64,000 bases of DNA, from NCBI GenBank assembly GCA_017961685.1, contig JAGCWW010000060.1, forward strand, positions 53-64,052. The letters are read 5' to 3'. Position 1 is the first letter of the stretch; each line of letters starts with the position of its first letter. This document shows, in pieces, positions 48,631 to 58,154 of the stretch. The notes below the pieces were generated by a model, which made no database searches, was not told the origin of the DNA, and saw only the letters and a list, made by a program, of their open reading frames with translations. The DNA is from Acholeplasmatales bacterium. Its GTDB lineage: Bacteria > Bacillota_I > Bacilli_A > Acholeplasmatales > JAEDCM01. The translations under genes were made by a program, and so were the position numbers.

Positions 48631-49665
48631 ATGAAGGAATTAATCGAACAAATTAAAAGTAAATACACAGGAGATAGAGAAAAAGATACTGAATATCTTC
48701 TAGAAGAAATGGATAAATATAGAGATAATATTCCTGTAATTAAAGAAATTACAAAGCTTTTATATGAATTATTACCTCAAGACTTAAAAAATAACTTTAT
48801 TAGTCAATTAAACCAAGGTAAGTTTGGTGAAAGACTAGGCGAAATAAGAGAATTCTTAGCAGCTAAGAACTATAAAGGTGCTATGAAGGTTATCGATATT
48901 ACAATGGATAAGATTGAACCAGTATTTGAAGATGAAAAGCATCTTTATATGACTTTCCATGATCCATTTGAAGCATATTTCTATGCAGTAACAAGAGATG
49001 ATAAAACTAAATTCATCAAGAATGCTAATTTAGATTACGGTACATATTATAAGTTTAAAGGTATCGCCTTATTAAACTTAAAGAGATATGATGAAGCTAT
49101 CGTTTCATTTAATGAATCATTAAAGTGGAATCCACTTGATTTTGAATGTATTTTTAATTATGCTGAAACATTATTCCAAATGGAAAAATATGAAGAATAT
49201 TTAGATTTAAATATGAAGACAATGAAGAAGGCATACACAAATTATGTAATTGCTCAATGTTATCATAATGTTGGTAAATATTACATGACTAAGAATACTG
49301 AAAAAGATGATAAGTTCGCATATATGTTAATTAGCTATTCCTTATCTTTCCAAGAAACAGAATACGCTTATAAGAATTTAAATACTATTTGTGAAAAATA
49401 TAAGTGGAAGAAAGAAATTGCTAAATCAGATGATGTATTTGAAGCTTTAAAGAAAAAGAAATTCCCAACAGCACCAGATGAGGATTTAATTAGATTATTA
49501 ATTCAAATCGCTAGAAGATTCATGGGTGTTCATGATGAATTCTCACTTCAAGTATTCAGATTAATTTATCATTTAACTCATGATGAAATTACTTACCAAT
49601 ACATTAAAACTGGTGAAAGAGTAATCGCTGAAAAGAAAGCAAAAGCTGAAGAAAATAAACAATAA
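48631..49665 (+). CDS. Cytoplasmic TPR-repeat protein
   Basis: TPR-like units, e.g. YYKFKGIALLNLKRYDEAIVSFNESLKWNP. Own extended -10 promoter (TGATATAAT) upstream and a terminator hairpin at 49666-49690 downstream. Confidence 0.55.
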   Translation: MKELIEQIKSKYTGDREKDTEYLLEEMDKYRDNIPVIKEITKLLYELLPQDLKNNFISQLNQGKFGERLGEIREFLAAKNYKGAMKVIDITMDKIEPVFEDEKHLYMTFHDPFEAYFYAVTRDDKTKFIKNANLDYGTYYKFKGIALLNLKRYDEAIVSFNESLKWNPLDFECIFNYAETLFQMEKYEEYLDLNMKTMKKAYTNYVIAQCYHNVGKYYMTKNTEKDDKFAYMLISYSLSFQETEYAYKNLNTICEKYKWKKEIAKSDDVFEALKKKKFPTAPDEDLIRLLIQIARRFMGVHDEFSLQVFRLIYHLTHDEITYQYIKTGERVIAEKKAKAEENKQ

Positions 49666-49744
49666 ACTTGGAATTTTTCCAAGTTTTTTATTTTATATTA
49701 TTATATATTTATGGTATAATTTATACGTATTATGGGGTGATTAT

Positions 49745-51616
49745 ATGGAAACAAAGAATAAGAAATTATTAACAAGTATAATATATTCGATTATTATTAC
49801 TCTTTTTATGATTTTAGTTATGGCAACAAATATGTTTAAAGGGTTAGATAACCTAACATATGACCATATATATGAAAAAGAAAATACTTATAGTGAAGAG
49901 ATAGTAATTGTAGGTATTGATGATAAAACATTATCTAACCTTGGTGCTTTTACACCAAGCTATAGATCTTATTTTGCGGATGTAATTGATAAAATTAATA
50001 CTTATAATCCAGCAGTAATAGGTGTCGATATATTATTTACGGGGGTAAATGTAGATAATCCTGAATATGACACAAAATTAACTACAGCCGCAACAAACAC
50101 AAAAAATATTGTCTTTGCAGCTGAATTTAAATCAGGTGATAAAATCGTTGATGATATGCATGAAAAAGATATCACATACACACTACCATATGATGAGTTG
50201 TATAATGAGATAGGGGATGAATCATTAGGATTTGTTAATGTTATATCTGATGGTGATAGTGTAGTTAGACATGCTAGAGTTAGTGCAAAACTAAACGATA
50301 CTTATTATTCATCATTTGGTGAACAAATTTATAAAAAATATGCAAATGAAATGGATTTAGATTATTCAGGTTATGTCGCTAATAGGGAATACTTAGTTAA
50401 CTATAATGGATATCCTGAACAAGGTTATGAAGTAGTATCTTTCTATGATGTTTATAACAACATTAACCTTTATAGTGATTTATTTGAAGATAAAATTGTT
50501 TTAATTGGCTGGTATGCAACAGGTAATGCATCTAAGGATAGAACCGATGAATATTACACTCCAATTGCTCATAAGACTCATATGTTTGGAGTAGAACTAC
50601 ATGCTAACGTGATAAATAATATTATGAATGATATGTTTGTACAAGATGCTGCTAAAACAGGTCAATATATTATAAATATAATCATAATGCTTGCTATAAT
50701 CTTTATCATTTCAAGATTTGGCTTTATGTGGGCTAGTATTACAGCTGCCGCATCCATTATATTTGAATTCTTGTTTGGTTTAATAATGTATAATGCCTTT
50801 GGTATATTCTATCCAACTACAGGAATAATGGTAGTTATTGCAATAGGCTATGTTGTAATAGTTGTCTATAACTATGTAAGAGAAAGATTAGAAAAGGGTG
50901 CTGTATTAAAGACATTTAAACAATATATGGCTCCACAAGTAGTAGAAGCTTTCTTAAAGGATAATAAACAATCATCTAACTTAGTAGGTGAAAGAAGAGA
51001 TGTAGCTTGTCTATTTGTTGATATTAGAGGATTTACTCGTATGAGTGAAACTTTAGTAGATCCAGTTAAAGTAGTTAAAATCTTAAATGATTATCTAGGT
51101 ATGACAACAAAACAAATCTTTGATAATGATGGTATGCTAGATAAGTTTATAGGTGATGCTTGTATGGCTATCTTTAACGCTCCATTTGATATTGAAGATT
51201 ATGAATTTAAAGCAATTAAAGCAGGTTTAGGTATTGTTAAATACGGTGAACCTATTGCTAAACAAGTATTTGAAGATTATGGAATTACTATTGGCTTTGG
51301 TGTTGGTGTAAACTGTGGTGAAGCAATTATTGGTAATATAGGTTGTGACTTTAGAAAAGACTATACAGGTATAGGTGATACAATTAATACCGCATCTAGA
51401 CTTGAAAGTAATGCTAAGGGCGGACAAGTAATTATTAGTGAAGAAACTTTAAATAGAGTTGATAGTAATGGTAAATATAAATTAAAGAATAGATTAATTG
51501 TTGAAGAAAATGGTTACTTAAACTTAAAAGGTAAAGCTAAACCAGTCTTAACATATAATGTTATCGGTATAAAGGAGGGAAACAATGAAGAAACTGTTAA
51601 TGATTCCAAGGATTAA
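49745..51616 (+). CDS. CHASE2-sensor class III nucleotidyl (predicted adenylyl) cyclase
   Basis: TM, then extracytoplasmic CHASE2-like IVGIDDKTLSNLG...VIGVDILF, then 3 TMs. Catalytic domain has the motifs FVDIRGFT, DKFIGDACMA, GVNCGEAIIGNIG and DYTGIGDTINTASRLE. Confidence 0.85.
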   Translation: METKNKKLLTSIIYSIIITLFMILVMATNMFKGLDNLTYDHIYEKENTYSEEIVIVGIDDKTLSNLGAFTPSYRSYFADVIDKINTYNPAVIGVDILFTGVNVDNPEYDTKLTTAATNTKNIVFAAEFKSGDKIVDDMHEKDITYTLPYDELYNEIGDESLGFVNVISDGDSVVRHARVSAKLNDTYYSSFGEQIYKKYANEMDLDYSGYVANREYLVNYNGYPEQGYEVVSFYDVYNNINLYSDLFEDKIVLIGWYATGNASKDRTDEYYTPIAHKTHMFGVELHANVINNIMNDMFVQDAAKTGQYIINIIIMLAIIFIISRFGFMWASITAAASIIFEFLFGLIMYNAFGIFYPTTGIMVVIAIGYVVIVVYNYVRERLEKGAVLKTFKQYMAPQVVEAFLKDNKQSSNLVGERRDVACLFVDIRGFTRMSETLVDPVKVVKILNDYLGMTTKQIFDNDGMLDKFIGDACMAIFNAPFDIEDYEFKAIKAGLGIVKYGEPIAKQVFEDYGITIGFGVGVNCGEAIIGNIGCDFRKDYTGIGDTINTASRLESNAKGGQVIISEETLNRVDSNGKYKLKNRLIVEENGYLNLKGKAKPVLTYNVIGIKEGNNEETVNDSKD

Positions 51617-52349
51617 TGAACTAGAAGAAAATCTTAAACTAAGGGATAAACTTAACATTGGCTTTGAATATAATGACTTCTTTATCCCCGATTTATTAGA
51701 TGATGAAAAAGCATTAAAAGAAAGAGTTAATGCTTATAAAAAAGTAGGTGGATTTAATACAATCCATGGTGTATTCTTTGATATTTGTTTTAATTCTAGT
51801 GATAAATTAATTAAAGATGCATCTTATAAAAGAGCAAGACAAACACTAGATATTGCTAAAGAATTAGGTTGTAAAAAAATAGTATTTCACACTAACTATA
51901 TTATTGGATTTAATTCTAATGATTATAAAAAGATGTGGGTAGAAAGAAATGCTTTAGCTTATAAAGAATTCTTAAAAGAATATCAAGATATTGAAATTCT
52001 AATTGAAAACATGTTTGATAATAACGATATACTAATTAGAGAATTATTAGATATGGTTAATGATAAACGTTTTAGGATGTGCCTAGATATTGCACATGCT
52101 AATCTATCAGATGAATCTATAAGTGAATGGATTAAAAATTGTAAGAAATATGTATCACATATTCATATTAATGATAACTTTAAAGACGTTGACTCTCACC
52201 TTGCTATAGGCGATGGTAATATGGATTATGATTATATCATTTCAGAACTTAATAAGATGGATGATATATCGATTTTAATTGAAGTAAAAAATACCCCTGA
52301 CTTCATTAAATCTTATGATTATTTAATAAGTAGAGGATTAAAACTATGA
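51585..52349 (+). CDS. Xylose-isomerase-like TIM-barrel protein (sugar phosphate isomerase / AP-endonuclease-2 fold)
   Basis: KKIVFHTNY, ILIENMF, CLDIAHANL and HIHINDN resemble the metal-ligand strands of this fold. AAGGAGGG RBS lies inside the cyclase 3' end (32-nt overlap). Confidence 0.6.
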   Translation: MKKLLMIPRINELEENLKLRDKLNIGFEYNDFFIPDLLDDEKALKERVNAYKKVGGFNTIHGVFFDICFNSSDKLIKDASYKRARQTLDIAKELGCKKIVFHTNYIIGFNSNDYKKMWVERNALAYKEFLKEYQDIEILIENMFDNNDILIRELLDMVNDKRFRMCLDIAHANLSDESISEWIKNCKKYVSHIHINDNFKDVDSHLAIGDGNMDYDYIISELNKMDDISILIEVKNTPDFIKSYDYLISRGLKL

Positions 52350-53875
52350 TGTTAGAAAAGATATTAGAATTAGGTAAAAACATCGCTAAAGAAAATGATT
52401 ATAATAAACTTTTTGGTATATTCTTAAAAGGTACTACAGATATTGCTAATTGTGATGCAGGTACTTTATATATCTATAAAGAAAGAGTAGAAGATGGAGA
52501 GTTAAAAAAATATTTATGCTTTGCTTCAACTATCAATCATACTCTAAAACAATATGGTGGTTTGGAGGGGGAAAAATTAAACTTACCACCAGTAATCTTT
52601 AGTGATACTAATGCATCTAGTTATGCTGGTATTCATAGAGTAATCTTAAATGTAGATGATGTTTATAAAGATGATCACTCTATTTGGATGGGACCACGTA
52701 AATATGATTCTATTACAGGCTACCATACACAAAGTGTATTAGTAATACCTCTAATTGATAAAAAGGATGATTTAATTGGTGTCCTACAATTAATTAACTG
52801 TATGGATAAGGATAATAATGTTATTCCATTTAGTAAGGAAATAGAAAAGATAATTTTCTCACTTTCTAGTCAAGTAGCAATGATTTTATCAAATATGTTA
52901 CTAACTAATGACATGGAAGAATTATTAGATTCGGCAATCAATTCATTAGTTAACGCAATCGAAGCTAAAACACCATTTAATGCACTTCATACTAATACAG
53001 TTACAGGCTTATGTGATTTATTTGTTGATTACTTAAATAAAAATAGTAGTGAATATAAGTTTAGTAGTGATGAAAAAGATGTGCTTCATATGGCTGCTCA
53101 ACTTCATGATGTTGGTAAGATTGGTATTAATGATGATATCTTAAATAAACCAACAAGATTAGCAACTCGTATTGATTATATTAGAAGTAGATTTGAAAAT
53201 TTACGCTTACAACTTTTAGTTAATAAATATGAGAAAAATGATCCATCTATGGATAATCTAGTAACTGAATTAAACAGTGATTTAGAATTCATTGAAAATG
53301 TGAATAATGCGCCATTTATCGATGATGCGAAGATGGAAAGAATTAATGAATTATGTAATAAAAAGGTACTTGGTGTAAAGCTTTTAACAGATGAAGAAAT
53401 AGAAGACTTACATATTGTTAAAGGTACACTTACATCAAAAGAAAGAGAACATATTCAAGAACACGTTGTTAAAACAGTTAATATTCTAAAAGATGTTAAA
53501 TTTGGTAAGAAATATCATGATTCACTTATTATAGCTGGACAACACCATGAACTACTTGATGGTTCGGGTTATCCTAAACGCTTAAAGGGTGATGAATTAA
53601 ACACTCAAACAAGAATATTAACTATTATGGATATCTTTGATAGTTTAACAGCATCAGATAGACCATATAAAGCAACTATTCCTGTTGAAAAGGCTTATGG
53701 CATTTTATGTGCTATGGTTAATGAAGGAAAATTAGATCCAAAATTAGTTGGATACTTAAGAGGATTTATTGATGAATTACTAGCTAAATATGGTAATTTA
53801 GATGGTAAGATTGCTAAAACAGTTCTACAAATTAAAAAAGAAGAAAAAGAATTAAAAGAGAAAGAGAAGTTCTAA
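52346..53875 (+). CDS. GAF-domain HD-GYP phosphohydrolase with an insertion in the catalytic domain
   Basis: GAF (CDAGTLYIY...SVLVIPLIDKKDDLIGVLQLIN). HD-GYP (LHDVGKIGI...HHELLDGSGYPKRLKG...MDIFDSLTASDRPYK). ATGA overlap with the upstream gene. Confidence 0.85.
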   Translation: MMLEKILELGKNIAKENDYNKLFGIFLKGTTDIANCDAGTLYIYKERVEDGELKKYLCFASTINHTLKQYGGLEGEKLNLPPVIFSDTNASSYAGIHRVILNVDDVYKDDHSIWMGPRKYDSITGYHTQSVLVIPLIDKKDDLIGVLQLINCMDKDNNVIPFSKEIEKIIFSLSSQVAMILSNMLLTNDMEELLDSAINSLVNAIEAKTPFNALHTNTVTGLCDLFVDYLNKNSSEYKFSSDEKDVLHMAAQLHDVGKIGINDDILNKPTRLATRIDYIRSRFENLRLQLLVNKYEKNDPSMDNLVTELNSDLEFIENVNNAPFIDDAKMERINELCNKKVLGVKLLTDEEIEDLHIVKGTLTSKEREHIQEHVVKTVNILKDVKFGKKYHDSLIIAGQHHELLDGSGYPKRLKGDELNTQTRILTIMDIFDSLTASDRPYKATIPVEKAYGILCAMVNEGKLDPKLVGYLRGFIDELLAKYGNLDGKIAKTVLQIKKEEKELKEKEKF

Positions 53876-53876
53876 A

Positions 53877-54380
53877 ATGAAAAAAGATTTAAGAGATAAA
53901 GTATTTAGTATAATTCTACTAATCTTTTCTATAATTTATCCATTAATGCTTTTCTTTGATGTTTATGAATATAAGCATAAAGAAATTGATGGAGATACGA
54001 TTACAAAAGTAGTAGATAGATACAATTTAATAAATATAAAAGATATATCAACATTTATGTTAGTATTCTCACTAATATTTATTGTTTTATCTCTTACTGT
54101 AGCTATTTTTGCTATTTTAGAAATTAGGAAAAATAACTATTATTCGCTTAAATATAGAATTATCTTTTCAATATACACAGTAGTATCAGCAACATTTGGT
54201 TTTTATGCAAGTTTCTTCATATTAAGTATGTTATTTATGATAATTGCAGCACATATGTTCTTAATTTACTATGACATTAAAAGAAACAAAAGAAAGCTAT
54301 CAAATGCTCTAATTTATGCTATAACATATGTAATGTTTATGGTTATGATGATAATATCATTTGGAGCATTACCTAAATAA
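53877..54380 (+). CDS. Small polytopic membrane protein (4-5 TMs), unknown function
   Basis: Hydrophobic segments throughout. Starts 1 nt after the HD-GYP stop and is followed by a terminator hairpin at 54382-54407. Confidence 0.55.
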   Translation: MKKDLRDKVFSIILLIFSIIYPLMLFFDVYEYKHKEIDGDTITKVVDRYNLINIKDISTFMLVFSLIFIVLSLTVAIFAILEIRKNNYYSLKYRIIFSIYTVVSATFGFYASFFILSMLFMIIAAHMFLIYYDIKRNKRKLSNALIYAITYVMFMVMMIISFGALPK

Positions 54381-54381
54381 G

Positions 54382-54407
54382 AAAGCACTTGGTGCTTTTT
54401 TATTTTT
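54382..54407 (+). terminator. Terminator ending the cyclase operon
   Basis: AAAGCAC-ttg-GTGCTTT followed by a T-run. Confidence 0.6.
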
Positions 54408-54456
54408 ATTTACTATATTTCAAAAATATGTTATATTTAAAGCGTGGGGTGATTAT

Positions 54457-56964
54457 ATGAAGAAAAAAATAATATTATTTTCTTCAATTGGCGGAGCAGT
54501 GCTAATTGCTGCTATTGTTTTAATAATTTGTTTATGTCTTCCAAAAGGAAGTAAAGCGTATAGAACAATTAACGTTCATAGTGTTACTGGAACAGTTAAC
54601 GTTAAAAGAAAGAATGATACAATTAGTGCAACACAAAATATGAAACTTAAAAATGAAGATGTAGTTGAAGTAAAAGAAGCTTCATCAACAGTTTTAAAGC
54701 TTGATAGTGATAAGTTTATAATGGCTAAGGAGAATACAACATTTAGACTAATAGCTACAGGTAAAAAGAATAACACTAAAACAAGAATTGTTGTTGAAAA
54801 TGGTGGGGTAGTAGTTGAAGTTAAAGAAAAACTTAAACAAGATGAAGCATTTGAAATTGCCTCATCAAACTCTGTAATGGCTATTCGTGGTACACAAATA
54901 AGTTTTAATGTAAGTGTTGTTGAAAATAAGATTACTACAAGTGTAGCCGTACTTGATGGTGAAACTGAAATCATGTTATATAAGGATGAAAAATTAAGTA
55001 CAACAACTCTAATCAAGGATTTCAAATTAAGCTATACAACTGATTTAGATGATGTTGCTAATGATATTTCTAAACTTATTGATGAAGGAGAAAAACAACA
55101 AATAGCTGATGCTGACCTACAAACAATTTATAATGTTATGAAGGTTGCCTTAACAAGTGAAGAAATTGATGAAATCGTAGATGCAATCAACACATTTGAA
55201 AGAGATGACAAAAAGGTTAATGGTGTAATTAAATTTAGCTTTAGTGGAACTCCAGAGTATATGTCTGATCCAAAAGACTACATTGCTGTTGAAGATGCAT
55301 ATGTTTCAATTGTAGGTTTACAATACTTATATAGCCAAACTATAGATGGAGAATATGAAGAATTTGATTCGAATAATCCACTTGAAATTGGCACTTGGTA
55401 CTGTAAATTAATAGCTGGTAATGCTTATAGATCAGATCCACTTGAATTTACTATAGGTAAAAAGCAAATGGAATTAAATTATACATTGAGTCAAGTTGGC
55501 GCAAAATATGAAAATGAATCAAGTATTTTATTATCATTTAATGATGATGATTTCTTCAATAGTGAAGAAGCATTAGAAAGAGATGAACTTGGTTTATTAA
55601 AGTATTATGTAATTGCAACAAATGGCGATATGAGGGTATATATTGATGCTCAAAACAAGGAAGCAATCTTCCCAAGCGTTGAAGTAGAAGAAAACAAATA
55701 TGGACAATATTTCATGTTTGAATGTTACCTACCAGAATACTATGAAGTAACTAATGTTACTGATGAACCAGTATTAAAAGAACTTGAAAATTCATTTAAA
55801 GTTTCTGATTTAAGAGTAAGTGTTGAATATCAAGATAATATACCTTATTATGCCTATATTGATATGGTTGTTGAAAGACATATAGATAATCCAAACGTTA
55901 ATAGCATTATTTATTCAATTGAATATTCAAAAGATGATCCAGATAGAAAGAATACAACTGAATATGAATCTTATTCAGATGGAGATTTTATTAATATAAC
56001 TGTTTCTACAGGGCTAAACTATGAAGCTGGAGTAGTAATTGGTGATAGTAATACATTCTGTTTCTTCTTAGGAACTGGTTTAATTGATGAAGAAAGTATG
56101 ACTACGCAAGAAGGATATCTATTTACAACAGAAATATTTGAAATAGATTTAACACCATATTATGAAGATGCTGGTGATAATAGGCCAAAAGAAATTGATG
56201 CTGATGCAGCTGACAATTACTTTGTAACTATTAATGAAGATAATACATTCAATGTTTATATGGATTTACTTGCTGATGCTCCAATTTTGGAAACAAATAG
56301 AGAATTAGAATACTTAGTAGTTTATGATGAAATTGATACTAACCCAATAAATAATGAAATACTTCGTCCATATAAATTCTTAACTGGTACAGGTAGATAT
56401 GCTGTAATAGAAAATATTACATCACAATCTCTTAAGATTTATGGTGTATATTCATTATATGAAATTAAAGATGGTATTTATTATATATATTCAGGCACAA
56501 CTAATATTGATGATGGTGCAGCAGAAATTAATGTTGGTAATGTAGTAGCTTCTGTAAAATATCAAGAAAATGAGTATAATTATGTAGCAAATCTAATCGA
56601 TAGATATATTCTTGAAGAAAGCAAAGTATATGTATATGATGGATCAGGAAAATTACTAGATACATTCACTGAGGGAGATTATAGTGATTTCCAAGATGGA
56701 ATGGGTATGCGTTCATGTTTATCTGATGATCCAAATAATCAAGAATTCATTGTTAAAGCAACAATTAATACAATGATTTCAACACGTTATTGCTTAATAA
56801 TAACAGGATTAGAAGCATCAAATGATGGTAAAGTTGATAGTGAGTTAGAAACATCTATTAGAGAGTATGTAAAATCAGTTACTAATAATAAATTAACTAT
56901 TAAAGGTGATTTTATTGGCTCATATACTTATAGAGCAACTCAACTATTATTCTCTGATAACTAA
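54457..56964 (+). CDS. Membrane-anchored FecR-domain protein with ~640-aa uncharacterised extracytoplasmic region
   Basis: Signal-anchor KKKIILFSSIGGAVLIAAIVLIICLCL. FecR-like block VTGTVNVKRKNDTISATQNMKLKNEDVVEV...VLKLDSDKFIMAKENTTFRL...ENGGVVVEV...FEIASSNSVMAIRGTQISFNV. ATG 54457 behind GGGGTGA. Confidence 0.7.
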   Translation: MKKKIILFSSIGGAVLIAAIVLIICLCLPKGSKAYRTINVHSVTGTVNVKRKNDTISATQNMKLKNEDVVEVKEASSTVLKLDSDKFIMAKENTTFRLIATGKKNNTKTRIVVENGGVVVEVKEKLKQDEAFEIASSNSVMAIRGTQISFNVSVVENKITTSVAVLDGETEIMLYKDEKLSTTTLIKDFKLSYTTDLDDVANDISKLIDEGEKQQIADADLQTIYNVMKVALTSEEIDEIVDAINTFERDDKKVNGVIKFSFSGTPEYMSDPKDYIAVEDAYVSIVGLQYLYSQTIDGEYEEFDSNNPLEIGTWYCKLIAGNAYRSDPLEFTIGKKQMELNYTLSQVGAKYENESSILLSFNDDDFFNSEEALERDELGLLKYYVIATNGDMRVYIDAQNKEAIFPSVEVEENKYGQYFMFECYLPEYYEVTNVTDEPVLKELENSFKVSDLRVSVEYQDNIPYYAYIDMVVERHIDNPNVNSIIYSIEYSKDDPDRKNTTEYESYSDGDFINITVSTGLNYEAGVVIGDSNTFCFFLGTGLIDEESMTTQEGYLFTTEIFEIDLTPYYEDAGDNRPKEIDADAADNYFVTINEDNTFNVYMDLLADAPILETNRELEYLVVYDEIDTNPINNEILRPYKFLTGTGRYAVIENITSQSLKIYGVYSLYEIKDGIYYIYSGTTNIDDGAAEINVGNVVASVKYQENEYNYVANLIDRYILEESKVYVYDGSGKLLDTFTEGDYSDFQDGMGMRSCLSDDPNNQEFIVKATINTMISTRYCLIITGLEASNDGKVDSELETSIREYVKSVTNNKLTIKGDFIGSYTYRATQLLFSDN

Positions 56965-57031
56965 AATATAAATTAGAAAAATGAGTTTGTAGGATTTCTA
57001 CAAACTTATTTTGCGGATAGGAGGTGTAATT

Positions 57032-57757
57032 ATGACATTTAAACAAGGCTTAAAAGATGGAATACCTATTTGTCTAGGTTATTTTGCGGTTAGCTTTGCC
57101 TTTGGTATCTTTTGTATAACAAATGGCCTAACTCCTTTAGTTGCTATAATTACATCCTTAACTAACCTTACAAGCGCAGGACAATTTGCGGGTGTAAAGC
57201 TTATGATTGCTTTAGCACCTTATATTGAAATATTACTTACTGTTTTATTAATAAACTTAAGATATTCTTTAATGAGTATAGCCTTAACACAAAAATTAGA
57301 TGATAATGTTAAAACATATCAAAAGCTAATCTTTGGTTTTGGCGTAACAGATGAAGTATTTGCTGTATCGGTTCAAAAAGAAAAATTATCTGCAAGATAC
57401 ATGTATGGTTTAATTATCCTACCAATTGTTGGTTGGACTTTAGGTACAGCATTTGGTTGCCTAGCTTCAGAAATCTTACCTAGTAGAGTTTTACATGCCT
57501 TAGGCATATCACTATATGCGATGTTTATAGCAATAATCATACCAGAAGCTAGAAAGAAGTTATCAGTATTCTTAGTAGTATTATTTGCGGCAGGTTTAGG
57601 AATATTATTCTATTACACTCCTTATTTAAAAGAAATATCTATAGGTTTCCAAATAATTATATCAACAATTGTTGCATCTTTATTTGGAGCGCTAGTCTTC
57701 CCAATTAAAGAAGAAGAAAAGAAGGAAGAAGGTGATGATGATGTACCTAGCAATTAG
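57032..57757 (+). CDS. azlC: AzlC-family branched-chain amino acid exporter subunit
   Basis: GLKDGIPICLGYFAVSFAFG N-terminus, multi-TM, followed by azlD. Confidence 0.85.
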   Translation: MTFKQGLKDGIPICLGYFAVSFAFGIFCITNGLTPLVAIITSLTNLTSAGQFAGVKLMIALAPYIEILLTVLLINLRYSLMSIALTQKLDDNVKTYQKLIFGFGVTDEVFAVSVQKEKLSARYMYGLIILPIVGWTLGTAFGCLASEILPSRVLHALGISLYAMFIAIIIPEARKKLSVFLVVLFAAGLGILFYYTPYLKEISIGFQIIISTIVASLFGALVFPIKEEEKKEEGDDDVPSN

Positions 57758-58043
57758 TATCATCATTATGGCCTTAGTAACTTACCTTTTAAGAGTTATA
57801 CCTCTAGCATGTTTTAAAAAGAAGATTGAAAATAAATATGTTAAATCATTTTTATATTATGTACCTTATGCTGTATTAAGCTGTATGACTTTCCCTGCAA
57901 TATTTTATTCAACTAATAATACATATACAGCTATAATAGGTACATCAGTTGCTTTAGGCGCATCCTTCTTTAAATTAAAGCTAATATATGTTGTAATTAT
58001 TACAGTATGCATTGTATTTGGCTTTAGTTTCATATTCTATTAA
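57732..58043 (+). CDS. azlD: AzlD-family branched-chain amino acid exporter subunit
   Basis: ~100 aa, 3-4 TMs, LLRVIPL motif. Overlaps the azlC 3' end. Confidence 0.8.
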   Translation: MMMMYLAISIIIMALVTYLLRVIPLACFKKKIENKYVKSFLYYVPYAVLSCMTFPAIFYSTNNTYTAIIGTSVALGASFFKLKLIYVVIITVCIVFGFSFIFY

Positions 58044-58154
58044 TAAAATATCGCTAAATTTGGCGATATTTTTTATTTTTGAATAATTTATAAATTAATA
58101 AATAAAAGGGTAAAATTTAATCATTTTTACGTATTATATAATGGAGGTGTAAAG

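Noticed and set aside
54361-54456. N-terminal extension of the FecR-domain ORF given by the ORF track
   Set aside because: The extension overlaps the upstream gene and contains a terminator hairpin. A GGGGTGA RBS plus ATG at 54457 gives a proper signal-anchor N-terminus.
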